A stretch of 61,558 nt of DNA, the filler included, from Globobulimina sp. (lineage: Eukaryota), in assembly GCA_003354225.1 (NCBI GenBank). It is 24 parts of 24 records of this genome, joined end to end, with 100 filler letters (N's around TTAATTAATTAA, not from the genome) between each part and the next. Parts side by side here need not be neighbours in the genome. Positions count along the whole stretch, not along the records: positions 10,281 to 12,750 come from PIVH01006502.1; positions 12,851 to 15,320 come from PIVH01006503.1; positions 15,421 to 17,890 come from PIVH01006504.1; positions 17,991 to 20,460 come from PIVH01006505.1; positions 20,561 to 23,029 come from PIVH01006506.1; 19 more parts are not named here. One strand, written 5' to 3'. Below are positions 10,366-21,360 of this stretch, piece by piece. The notes under the pieces were generated by a model. It did no database searches and had not been told where the DNA came from. It worked only from the letters and a program-made list of their open reading frames with translations. Position 1 is the stretch's first letter. The number at the start of each line of letters is the position of its first letter. The position numbers and the translations under genes were made by a program.

Positions 10366-11717
10366 ACAGGAGGTGATTTAAATGTAATTTGTTTAGGTTT
10401 GTTGCAAATTAAAATATATATACAGTACATATAAGATATATTAATTGAAATTATTGTAGAGAAACAGGCAAAACCTGGCTACCATCCGACACAAAAAGCA
10501 GTTGAGATTTTTGCAGAATCAAATGCTCGATGTGTTCAAAGTAAAATATTGACAGTAGCATCACGCGCATTTTTTGACTCTCCCGATAAAGACTGTATTG
10601 ATAATTACATTCGAGATAATTTTGGAAAAGGAATACTTGAAAAAACAGGATTGATTGCTGTCTCATCACCTTATGATTATCCGTTTTTATATGAACAATT
10701 TGGCCCAACAGAAGGCATTAAATTTAATCAAAACATTCAAGTAAAACCACAAACTGATGTCAGAAATATGGTTCCATTTTTAAATACAGATAAACTGGCA
10801 CCATATGCCATTTATGAACCCAATGCTGCCAATTTTAATATTGGGTATGTACCTTTTCACCGCGCCGACAGTGACTGACTGTGACTGTGACCATGCCTGT
10901 TTTCAACAGGTTAGTTTATCAACATTTTCTCATTGGCGGTAGTAATAACGGCGTTAAATATCATTTCGATCAAAGTGCAGTGGAGATCACAAAAAATAAC
11001 AATGGCAATTGGGAAGTAATGAGTTACAATGCGGACAGAAATGAGATTGATAGATATGAAGCCGGCATATTGGTGAATTGTACCGGTCGATGGGCTGACA
11101 AAATAGCAACAGAAGCGGCAATAAAACCGCTTGGTTTGGTATCACAGCAAAGAAATGAAATTGAATTTACATATGGGCAGAAAGCAACTGATCCAGAACA
11201 AGATCCATCTCCATTTATTAAAAGGATGCAAGGCATGCAGCAGTATGCCAGTGATGAACAGTTGCAACAGACGCCATGGCTAGGTTGGATTTCATGGGGT
11301 GAAATTTTTCATAGTTATTTCCAAAAAGGAAATGGTGTATTTTTGATGGATCGTCCTTGGCCAATGGAGGATGACATTGACATTGGTCAGACTCAGCATG
11401 AAGGACAGGATCAGGATGAAATGGCAGTTGTTTTGCATAAAATTAAGAAATATACAACATTAAAAGTACAGAATGTGGAGTCAAAAGCCGCTGGAATTAA
11501 ATGCTCCACTAAACATGATAAAAATATTGTGGTTGGACCATCAGTCGAAGATAGTTCATTTATTTGGTGTGCTGCGTTGGGGAGTTATGAGTTTCAAACT
11601 GCTCCCGCGTATTCGGAGATTATCTCATATTTGACTGTTAACCAGGGATTGCCAAATAAATATATTGATTTAGGAATTAATGTTGATAAGTTACTACCTG
11701 CCAGATTGTATAATTAA
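10366..11717 (+). CDS. DAO-family FAD-dependent oxidoreductase-like protein, 5'-truncated
   Basis: Introns 10397-10459 and 10845-10909 give VICLEKQAKPGYHPT...LTVASRAFF...LVNCTGRWADKIA...VVGP...FIWCAALGSYEFQTAPA. Confidence 0.8.
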
Positions 11718-11777
11718 TATTTATTTTTGATTGAAAAACGTTTCTTTAAGTTGTTTGAGTCCGACACTTTAACATTA

Positions 11778-12413
11778 ATGAAACATTGGTCATGGAGCTT
11801 AATGAGAGTGAACATAGCCCAAAATACACGATTATATCAAAATGATGCAATTCTAAATGGAAAAATCGATAATTTTCAGGCAACTAAATTGATAAAAAAA
11901 TTATATTGTAAAAAACATGGAAAATGCAATAAAAAAATGGATAAAGAGAACATTGTGAAAAGTGCGTTGCAAATATTTGATAAAATTAGTGAAACAAAAA
12001 ATAATTTTTCAATTAATACTTTATTAACGCTATTTTTGCATTTTGAATGCACTCAAAAAATTAATTTAATATGGAATGACATTGACAAATTATCAAAAAA
12101 TAAAAAAGACATTTCCAACTGCTATACATTATTAATTTTATGTTGCGTTAAATCATTAAATATTGATAAATGCATCGAAGTCTTATCTTGGATTGAAAAG
12201 CATAATCACACATTGACATTAACCGGAAATATTGCAAAATTATTAAATAAATGCAAGCCAACAATATCTCACTTAAAATACATTGAATATTTAATGAATA
12301 AAAAAGTAATAAATCAAAGTGAATACATTCAATCCGCATTGATAATAAATTATTGTAAACACAAAGACATTCCATCTGCTTTGAATAAGATTTGGTGCAG
12401 CCGCTCAAGTTGA
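11778..12413 (+). CDS. PPR-like helical-repeat protein, truncated by a junction
   Basis: ALQIFDKI, INTLLTLF, YTLLILCC, IQSALIINYCKHKDIPSAL resemble PPR motifs. Confidence 0.65.
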   Translation: MKHWSWSLMRVNIAQNTRLYQNDAILNGKIDNFQATKLIKKLYCKKHGKCNKKMDKENIVKSALQIFDKISETKNNFSINTLLTLFLHFECTQKINLIWNDIDKLSKNKKDISNCYTLLILCCVKSLNIDKCIEVLSWIEKHNHTLTLTGNIAKLLNKCKPTISHLKYIEYLMNKKVINQSEYIQSALIINYCKHKDIPSALNKIWCSRSS

Positions 12414-12750
12414 TTAGCGGGTTGTGTTACAGGCTGTTGCTGGTGTATTTCAATGAGTGTTACAACCAATGAATTACAATTTGCTTCTCTGGCCCAGCTT
12501 GCGCCAATAGTGGGATGTTGGGCGTGAATGACAAATGGTTTTCGCCAAACTGGACTGTTGAGTGGCGCGTTTGCCAGTTTACACAGCAGGGCGGGCCAAA
12601 AGGCTTTCAGCAGCACAATTAAAACCCGGTTGATAAGGGGCTGTCCCATTGCTTTGCCCACATCATGTAAAAGGGCGGCTTGTAATAAAGCGGAGTCATC
12701 TTCTTCCCAATGCAATATGGTTTTTAGTACGGCAATAGCATGTTTTTGGT
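12350..12750 (-). CDS. Bacterial-type HD-domain protein, 5'-truncated
   Basis: QKHAIAV...AALLHDVGK...HPTIGA...IHQ...AD. No introns, and visibly higher GC than the adjacent DNA. Confidence 0.85.
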
Positions 12751-12850
12751 NNNNNNNNNNNNNNNNNNNNNNNNNNNNNNNNNNNNNNNNNNNNTTAATT
12801 AATTAANNNNNNNNNNNNNNNNNNNNNNNNNNNNNNNNNNNNNNNNNNNN

Positions 12851-13612
12851 ATCTTTGAGTATCAGGAGAAGCAGGACGCGGTTTACACGACGCCGTCGCC
12901 GCCGAGCACCGACAGTGAGATGTTTGAGGTGCGGCAGTCGGGAAAGAATGAGGAGGAGAAGGCGCAGGCGTTCATCGCGCGGAAGTTGAGGAAGTTGGAG
13001 AAGCAGATTGAGAGAGAAAAGCTGGACCGCGCGGCGGAGGAGAAAAATAAAGGAAAGTCCGTGTTTGGCAATATACGCAATGTCAAGCGGAGGATCCCCA
13101 AATCGTATCAGCGTAACAAGAAAAGGAAGAGGGCGGATCCGGGAGGCTTTGTGGAGAAGAAACGGGCTGCGATTGTATGGAGTGACGAGGAGGAGGAGGA
13201 GGAAGATGGTGGTTTGGATGCGACGGAGGAGGAATATGATGATGATCATAAGGAGGAATATGATGGGGATTATGATGGGAATGTGGAGCAGGAGGAATAT
13301 GATGGGGGTCAGAAGGAATATGATGAGAATGGGAATTACGATGAGGATCATAATAAGGAACATGATCATGATGCAGTGTATGATGAAAATTATGATGAGG
13401 AACATAATGAGGAACATGATGCAGTTTATGATGAAAACTATGATGAAAACTACGATGAAAACTACGATGAGAATTATGATGAGAATTATGATGAGAACTA
13501 TGATGGACAATATGCAGAGAATTATGATGAGAATTATGAGAAAGTTGGCGTAAAGAAAAAGAAAAAGAAACAGGAAGAAGATGATGATTTAGGATTTTTA
13601 GAGAGTGATTGA
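12851..13612 (+). CDS. Acidic low-complexity protein with YDEN repeats and basic NLS-like tracts, 5'-truncated
   Basis: Open from the contig start; 12-bp repeats encode YDEN; KKKKKK near the C-terminus. Confidence 0.6.
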   Translation: MFEYQEKQDAVYTTPSPPSTDSEMFEVRQSGKNEEEKAQAFIARKLRKLEKQIEREKLDRAAEEKNKGKSVFGNIRNVKRRIPKSYQRNKKRKRADPGGFVEKKRAAIVWSDEEEEEEDGGLDATEEEYDDDHKEEYDGDYDGNVEQEEYDGGQKEYDENGNYDEDHNKEHDHDAVYDENYDEEHNEEHDAVYDENYDENYDENYDENYDENYDENYDGQYAENYDENYEKVGVKKKKKKQEEDDDLGFLESD

Positions 13613-14617
13613 TGATATGACATTGTTTTAATAGTGATGTTGATATGACATTGTTTGTATTTTTCAACATTTTTTTTTTCTGAGCCGGCCCGACAGACAC
13701 TTTTGTTTACAATATATTTGTTTTGTTTTGTGTTGATGTTGGTGGTTGTTTTATTTATTTCATATCGATTGCATTGTGCTTGCACGTATTGATGCAATTG
13801 AATAAAAATGAAAAAACAATAACAATTGATTCTTAAAGTTTTGAAGAAGAAGTGTCCCGAAAATGAATGCTTTATTTGGTAAAAGTAGAGTCACTTTGAA
13901 TATTTGGTAATAATTATAAAATTTAAACATACACATAAGACATGTTTGCGTTTGAATAGCCCATATTTTGCAACAACAAACCGCAAATCTCCAAAAAGTT
14001 AAAAAATACCGACATTTCAACTCTTTATCATAATCCGTAACACGATCATATTTGCTGTGACAATTTGCTGTGACAATTTGCATTGTTAACACTTAAATAT
14101 TTACACCAAATTCCATATTCTTTATTTTTATTTTATACCAACTATTCCCTGTACTTTTTTTTGTTTTAATTACATTTGAATCGGTTCCTTTATATTTTGC
14201 ATGTTAAGATCACAAGATTAGCAAAATTGAGTCAGCTGACTCGGCACAAAGATGTTTCATAATATTATTACCATATTCATACTTATAGCAACCATCAATC
14301 ATTCAAATGGAGTGTCACGAATACACCATCAAAACAGTAGAGCCTTTTTATTGAAACAGTTTGGTCCGCTTCCTTCAAAATCAACCATTTCAAAGACGTG
14401 TTAAGTTTATTCCATTACAAATCAATTTTGTTTAATTTTAATAGGAGATAATGACAGATTCATTGGGGAAATCATCAAATAGATTAACAACAAAAAAAGA
14501 CACTCAATCACAAGTATCAAGTTCAGCATATTCGATGACGCACATTCTAAAATTCTCTAAATTTCCAATGGCATTTTTGTTATAATTACATAAAACAATT
14601 AAATATAAATTCTAAAA

Positions 14618-15229
14618 GGAAAGGAAGTTGACTTACAAGCATACACTTTGAAACATGGTAAAAATGCGGATTTGCGGATGGATGAATCTATAATTTATAC
14701 ATTCTATGATCGCAATCAGCAAAAGTTTGCGTTTCAAAATCATTTTAAATTTCCGATTGATCGCTTATTGGATGTCTTATTGCAGAGTGATGAGATAAAG
14801 AGAAATTTAATAGAATTAGATATTAGCAATAATAAAGTGACAGGAATTATAGATTGGAATAAATTGGCTCAATTTCAGAGTTTAAGAGTGCTTTTAGCAG
14901 CAAATAATTTAATATTTAGTGCCAAGGTTCAATTGGATAAGGTGCCAAAATTAGAGATATTGGATTTAAGTTTTAATCCATATGTTGGTGGAGAATTATT
15001 ATGGGATAATTTACCATATAATTTGCGCGATTGTTTGGTTGACAAAACTGGAATAATTGCAAAAATTGATTGGGATGAAATACAAAAAACAAAACTAAAG
15101 CGTTTTTGTGTTGAGAATGTGACAATAGATTATATCAAAAAGTTACCAGTAAATTGGTCTGTGAAATATGGTGCAAGATATTCACAACAAACCACTTGTT
15201 TTTTTAAGCATTCTAATGTTGTCGCTTAG
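14618..15229 (+). CDS. Leucine-rich-repeat protein (last exon)
   Basis: LIELDISNNKVTG, LRVLLAANNLI, LEILDLSFNPYVGG. Confidence 0.75.
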   Translation, partial: GKEVDLQAYTLKHGKNADLRMDESIIYTFYDRNQQKFAFQNHFKFPIDRLLDVLLQSDEIKRNLIELDISNNKVTGIIDWNKLAQFQSLRVLLAANNLIFSAKVQLDKVPKLEILDLSFNPYVGGELLWDNLPYNLRDCLVDKTGIIAKIDWDEIQKTKLKRFCVENVTIDYIKKLPVNWSVKYGARYSQQTTCFFKHSNVVA

Positions 15230-15420
15230 TCATACGTTAATTCATATGTCCTGCCGTTTGAATGATGACAATATTATATCAATTATAGTTGCAAACACTG
15301 TAACAAATGTCGCATCTTTTNNNNNNNNNNNNNNNNNNNNNNNNNNNNNNNNNNNNNNNNNNNNTTAATTAATTAANNNNNNNNNNNNNNNNNNNNNNNN
15401 NNNNNNNNNNNNNNNNNNNN

Positions 15421-16645
15421 TGTTATGGCAGTTTGGTTTGAATCGATTGATATCAGCTGTCAAGGTGTTGTAGAATTTGGTGCTACGATCTGGTATTTTG
15501 GCATCATGTGGGCGTACATAATTGACTGAGAGGTACGTCGGTTTTAGCTGCTGATCAATGTCAATGGACAGCCAGACTGTGTTCAGGCCTCTCGGTTTAT
15601 GGATGTAACGTATGTTGTTTTTGAGATGTCTTTTTTTGTAAACAAGTATGCCACCGATTCTTCGAACATTGTTTGCTTTCATTGGGGGTTTATGGGCAAT
15701 CAAGGTGTAACCAGGCACCTTCCAGTTGGGTCTGGTGGGACATCTGGTATCAATTAGGCAGATGATGTCCAACTTGTGCTGGACGATGAGCTGCTGCATA
15801 TATGGGTGGGTGTGGGTGGTTTTATACTTTGCAGAGCCATTTATGTTTAGGAAGCCGATGGTTAATTTTTTGAGGGAGATTTTGGTGGCAGTTATGGGTT
15901 CAATTTTGGGTGCATAAATTTGCAGGAAAGGGAATTTTTGGATTATATTTGGGAGGTCGGCGTCAGTGAACTGCTCATTATTTAAGTGGGATTGCAGTAC
16001 TTTATGGACTAAGTACTTTTTATATTTTCTTAGGTTATTGTGGTTTGTTTGGTGGTTGGAAATGGAATGTTTGAATAGTTGGTTCAAGGCAAGAATCGCA
16101 TTATTTTTCATGTTATTAATGTGATTATTTCGGTTTAGTAAATGCAAATTGGTGCAGTTGAATCGCTGGATCGAGTCCCAGTGATCCATTACTTGTTTGT
16201 ATGGGATATTTTCAGGGACATTCCATCGGATATGGTACTTGCGGTGTTTAATGGACTGTTGTATTGTGGGTTCGCCGTCTATGTATTTGAAATCCAGTGC
16301 AAATGCATGGATGTCACGGATGACAGCGGGATCTTTGTGGTAAGCATGTAGCTGGACACAAGGTGTCTGTTCGGCAGAGGAATCGGTGTAAGGGATGGCT
16401 TTGAAGCGCAACGGGATGTGCCTGGGGAAGTTGTGCAGAATATGGTATTTTATTGGATTGTATCTATGGACAGGCATTCTTAGCGTTATCCAGCGCAGTG
16501 ATTTGTGCATTACAATTTTGATATATTTGAAGTAGTTACGGATTGAATGTTGATTTTTTTCAATGTAGCGATAAAGCTGCTGCGAGTCTTCTGCTCGTAC
16601 TGTGCTGATCATATAACCAGTACGGAAGCTTTTAGAGTCAGTCAT
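15421..16645 (-). mobile_element. Non-LTR retrotransposon ORF2-like: APE/EEP endonuclease after a ~260-aa N-terminal region; RT lies off-contig
   Basis: LTIGFLNING, LDIICLIDT, WKVPGY, GGILVY, VNYVRP; no introns. Confidence 0.75.
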
Positions 16646-16908
16646 TTGTAAGGGGTTGGTCTACAACATATATTGCAAAGTTCAATGGTAGTTTTGTGTG
16701 TAGTGTAATAAGTCTCTGATTGTGGTTCAGGTTACCAAAGGGAGAAGAGAATAATGAATTAATTAAAATAATAACAACTAATAAGAATAAAATAATACAG
16801 AGATATTGTATGCTGCACAGAAAAAGTAAAAAGATATATAACAAAAAGGAGTTGTTTTGCAAGGAATACAATATAACATAAAAAATACCAGCCATTGCCA
16901 TGCCATAA

Positions 16909-17754
16909 TTATAACACCGCAGAGACAGTTCTAAAACCAGAGCGAGGGTCATTTTGAGCACCTTGATTGTCAGCATCAATTGGGAGGGCCGCGGTGATGG
17001 TATAACGGATATCATCCATCATGCATTTCACTTTGCCAAATGAGTATTTCCTTTGGAGCAATGCATTGAGTTTCTCTTTCCTGACAATCACATCATACGC
17101 GACATCAATATCCAATGAATCAGATTTCTGCTCCTTCATTTCCACTAAATCATTAAAAAACATATCATCCAATGTCAAATTTCCAATGAGATGCATTGTC
17201 GCCTTCGATAGCCGCCAATTCATCAAATCCACAGTGCTCATCCCATACGGATCCAACCCGAATATCTTGCAAAGGACCGTGTTTTGGAAGAAATGTACCT
17301 TCGAAACATGAACCAACGAGCCGTTGCTGAAGGGGATTGCTTTCGTGCCATCGTTTGGATTATACACACGATTACTCCACGCACCACAAACAGGGTGACT
17401 ACCATGCCAAGTTTGAAAGCATTTGGTGCAATATTCCAATTTATTGGCTTTGCGTAATGCAGCGCGCTCAGATAGGGATTTGTTGGGATACGAGGCTTTG
17501 AGGATTTCGTCGCGGATCGTGTATTTCTCTTTGAATCCAGTGCAACGGCGTTCCAATGCGCCACAATCTGGGCCGAGTCTGCAATGCCAGTTACAAAAAC
17601 CGAGGCAAATCTTGGCGAGGAAGGCAGCGTTGGATCGTGAACCTTCGGTGATATTAATGAGACCAGCGCTGGTTTCAAATTTGTTGCTTTGAGTTATTAT
17701 ACGGATTTCATGCGGGAATCCTACAGTACTAATACAGAAAACTTTTACAAACCT
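16909..17754 (-). CDS. Zinc-finger ORF, candidate ORF1 of the retroelement
   Basis: CTKCFQTWHGSHPVC (CX2CX4HX5C knuckle) and CLGFCNWHCRLGPDC upstream; same strand as, and upstream of, the APE ORF. Confidence 0.5.
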   Translation of the reverse strand, partial: RFVKVFCISTVGFPHEIRIITQSNKFETSAGLINITEGSRSNAAFLAKICLGFCNWHCRLGPDCGALERRCTGFKEKYTIRDEILKASYPNKSLSERAALRKANKLEYCTKCFQTWHGSHPVCGAWSNRVYNPNDGTKAIPFSNGSLVHVSKVHFFQNTVLCKIFGLDPYGMSTVDLMNWRLSKATMHLIGNLTLDDMFFNDLVEMKEQKSDSLDIDVAYDVIVRKEKLNALLQRKYSFGKVKCMMDDIRYTITAALPIDADNQGAQNDPRSGFRTVSAVL

Positions 17755-17990
17755 TCATGTCGACAACTTTGCAAAATGTGGAACAGCAAACATATAAACA
17801 ACTAAACGAGCCAGCTGCAGCTGAAAGGTACCATGGTAGAAATGCCTGTACGTGTCGAGGACGGCGATATTATACAGCAATATTTTTATCNNNNNNNNNN
17901 NNNNNNNNNNNNNNNNNNNNNNNNNNNNNNNNNNTTAATTAATTAANNNNNNNNNNNNNNNNNNNNNNNNNNNNNNNNNNNNNNNNNNNN

Positions 17991-18111
17991 AAACCACTTC
18001 AATTTACTGTCTATGTAGATATATCTGGCAATGTTGTTGTTTCATGTTTGTAATCATTTTTTTTCCTCGCAAACCACTTCAATTTACTGTCTATGTAGAT
18101 ATATCTGGCAA
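17991..18111. repeat. 41-bp exact direct repeat, 80-bp period
   Basis: aaaccacttcaatttactgtctatgtagatatatctggcaa at 17991 and 18071. Confidence 0.9.
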
Positions 18112-18597
18112 GCGTTATTGGTACTCACGAACGGAACCATTGGCCTATAGGTACGATGATAAGTCTCTTAATCGAATTAATATTCCATTTGTAATTATTA
18201 TTTATTTGCAATTAATTGCTTATATCCATTACCAAATTGTATTTTTCGTCTGTATAAATCATATTTTATCCATGATATCATTTTGAAACGCCCATCCTAT
18301 ACTAAGCAAAATTGTAGTTGGTTTCTTCTTTGGTACAATATCATATTCAGTAATTAGATATCATTTCATCTCAAGCTGAAAATTAACGGCGGAGGAAAAT
18401 GAAGTGGACAATGCATTCCATAATTTCATACGTATACATATTTATCCTTGTTAACTCTAGATAATTTCATACGTAAATGTTTCAGATAGATAATATCACC
18501 GTTAAATTGTTTTTGCACAGTTAACTTTTTTGCAGACAAAACAAAACAAAAAAAGCGTTATGAATATCCATTCGCCTCCATCGATACCAACCATTCC

Positions 18598-20460
18598 ATG
18601 GATTTACGTCAATCCACATCCCATCCCTTACAATTCACAAACCTCAATCACAACATCCTAAACATGAATGCATTGCAAAAATCAAAATCTAATCCTTTGA
18701 CTCTTTTAAATTTAAATCCATTGTTGAGCCATAACCTCAATCATAATAACAACTCATTAGGTTTACAACTGCCATCATTAGAAGTCGGCCATTCAGAAGA
18801 ACACAAAACCAATAAATTAATTCTCCCGCCAAAGCAAACTGAAATATTATCATTGCGCATACCCAAGAAACCCAGAGAAAATCAGCAAATATTAGCCACA
18901 TTAACCGGCAATAAATTAGTGTCAAATCCCAATCCAAACCTAAATCATAGCAACTTCCTCAACAATATGAGCCTGCAATTATTGCAAACCCCAAAAATTC
19001 GCATACCAAAAAGGCGCAAACGACCAAATTTCAAACCAAACACAAACACATTGCCACAAATGGTGCAGCTCCCAAGCATTGAATTAAATATTCCCTCATT
19101 GCCACCCAAACCACACAAACCATGCTCCAATGTCGAGATTGAATCTTTGCATTCCAAATCCAGTGATGACTCTGACAAAGATTCGAGTTCCTCCTATAAC
19201 TCATCCAACAGCCAAGCTGCTAAAAAAAATGTATTCAAACATTCGCATTCATCCAAACCGAAACACAAACTTCATCGACGCGATCGACATCGAACTGGCC
19301 ACAAATATTACGATTCCTATTCCCGTTCGCGTTCGCGTTCCCGTTCTCGATCCCGTTCGCGATCGGAGACACCGACCAAAATATCACTCATTGATGTGGT
19401 GGATGACGAGGACAGACCCGAGCCGCCGCAGCGAAAACCACCGCCACCGCCACAGCATAACACAAACAACCACAATCACACCGCAGTGCCTATGTTATCC
19501 GATGAGTCCAACACTTCGTTAACACCCAATGTGATCTCATATGTTGCCACAGAACTGACTGAAACAGCAAACTCGAAGACTGTCACTCGACGTAAATGGA
19601 ATGAGATTGAGGATCTATGGTTGTCTTGGATTTATAACGCGGTTCGACAGAAGAGATACGAGATTTATTTAGTTGGTGTGAATGAGTGTCAATATAACCA
19701 TTTACCGACTAGATTTCCGTGGAGCTTCGCCCACAAACGCTTCAATGCTACGGATGCAGTGTTTGGCATTTCTTTTCGTAGCGAGGATTCCATCAAACAA
19801 CATTGGCGCAATCCGTTGTGGATGATTCAGGATAATAAGTCGAAAGAACTATATTGCGCTGAAAATAATATTCATATTGCCAATTGTGACTGGAATGATG
19901 TCTCGCAACGCATCAAATGGTTATATCGCCGAGCTGTGATGTATCAATATTTGTTGTTTAAGTTTATAAATACGCCGTTTTATGCAGGTATTGTAAGCCT
20001 ATATTTTTGTTTTGAGCTATATTAACTTTGTGCGTCTACAGGGAAATCGTTAGGGATTCGAATAATGGGCAAAGGCAAAGGTCAATGGTTGGTAACTTAC
20101 TCTGATTTGAAGATATTACGCTTTGATTCGCATTTGAAAGCAGCGCAAGGTTGGGACTATGAAGTACGTTGCAATCACGGTTTGATTATCGATTCAAATC
20201 TACCCTTGTCAGTGAATAAATATTTGCTATTAAGTCATAAAATTATTTCCATTTGGAATGATGACTCGATTGCAAATAATATCAATGCAAAATGGGTCAA
20301 GTTAAAAGTGATATTAATTGGTGAATATATGGATGCAGAATATGGCATATTTGCAACATTAGAATTGTTATTTGACAAATTAGTGATGATTTATGCATGG
20401 AAAAATAATCAAATATTAAAGATGAATGATGGGAACGTTGGAGGTTTACATAATATGATT
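18598..20460 (+). CDS. Nuclear protein with RS tract and Myb/SANT-like domain, 3'-truncated
   Basis: SRSRSRSRS; KWNEIEDLWL...PWSFAHKRF...RSEDSIKQHW; intron 19988-20041 joins ORF 20065. Confidence 0.7.
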
Positions 20461-20673
20461 NNNNNNNNNNNNNNNNNNNNNNNNNNNNNNNNNNNNNNNN
20501 NNNNTTAATTAATTAANNNNNNNNNNNNNNNNNNNNNNNNNNNNNNNNNNNNNNNNNNNNGTGTTAAATTGTTATTTAAAAACATTTAACTTTTTACGTT
20601 TTTAATAATTTTGCAAAATTAAACTTTGTACTCTGCAGATCATGTCTTCTTTGTAGAAAAACAAATATCAAAT

Positions 20674-21303
20674 ATGGCTTCACTTTGTGTGACTTGCTCC
20701 GCTCTCTCCAGTATGCAGTGCATTCTATTGATGTCACTACTATGCAGATTATATATATTCATCTAGCTTTAAATATAACTGTTGCTCAATTTGCATGTCC
20801 CAAAGCAACTATGCATGATCATTGTTTATTGCATAGCGATGAAGAAAAGAAACAAAATGATGTTTTTGATTGTGGCAATAGTGGTTGCTGTACGTTTGTA
20901 TGCGGAAAGCCAAAATGTTTTGAATCGGGCAAATTAGACGCAAGCAATGCAAGGTATGACTTAAGAGTATTGTCCGCAGCACGAGAATGCCTGAAGTCCG
21001 CCACTGTAAATGTTACAAATACTGGCAACGCCACATTTGAAATGACAGAACAAAAATCATTCCAACAGTTAACTGTCAACGATGGCGCAAACACTCAAAA
21101 TATTGAAATTAATTGCACCTTCGGATCAGGTTTATTTTCATATTTATCCGTTAATTTTATAAAATCATTTTAAATTAATACACAGGTTTATTATTTACAT
21201 ATTTCTCCATCTTAATAACACTGCAAATATATATACATCACAGTCAATGCAGAAGACACACAATATTTGGAAATCATAGTTGGTGCTGCCTCAGAATTAA
21301 AAG
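20674..21303 (+). CDS. Cys-rich secreted/surface protein fragment, exon structure partly unresolved
   Basis: ATG at 20674 followed by a GTATGC..CTAG intron; repeated C..(A/I).(V/I).V..A pattern. Confidence 0.5.
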
Positions 21304-21360
21304 GTGTATAATATGCAGACTGTACATATAATATGAGATATATATACAAAAACATTTTGT

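Noticed and set aside
10366-10400. Degenerate GxGxxG motif (GGDLNV) in the FAD enzyme
   Set aside because: After splicing this is the strand before the LEK motif; the real Rossmann loop would lie off-contig.
12803-13700. His-rich, Met-rich and Ile-rich ORFs overlapping the YDEN gene
   Set aside because: Alternative-frame shadows of a stop-poor 12-bp repeat.
17755-17757. Genome-wide UGA=Trp recoding
   Set aside because: TGA terminates well-supported genes here (sulfite oxidase, sphingomyelinase, PEX13), and Trp is encoded by TGG.
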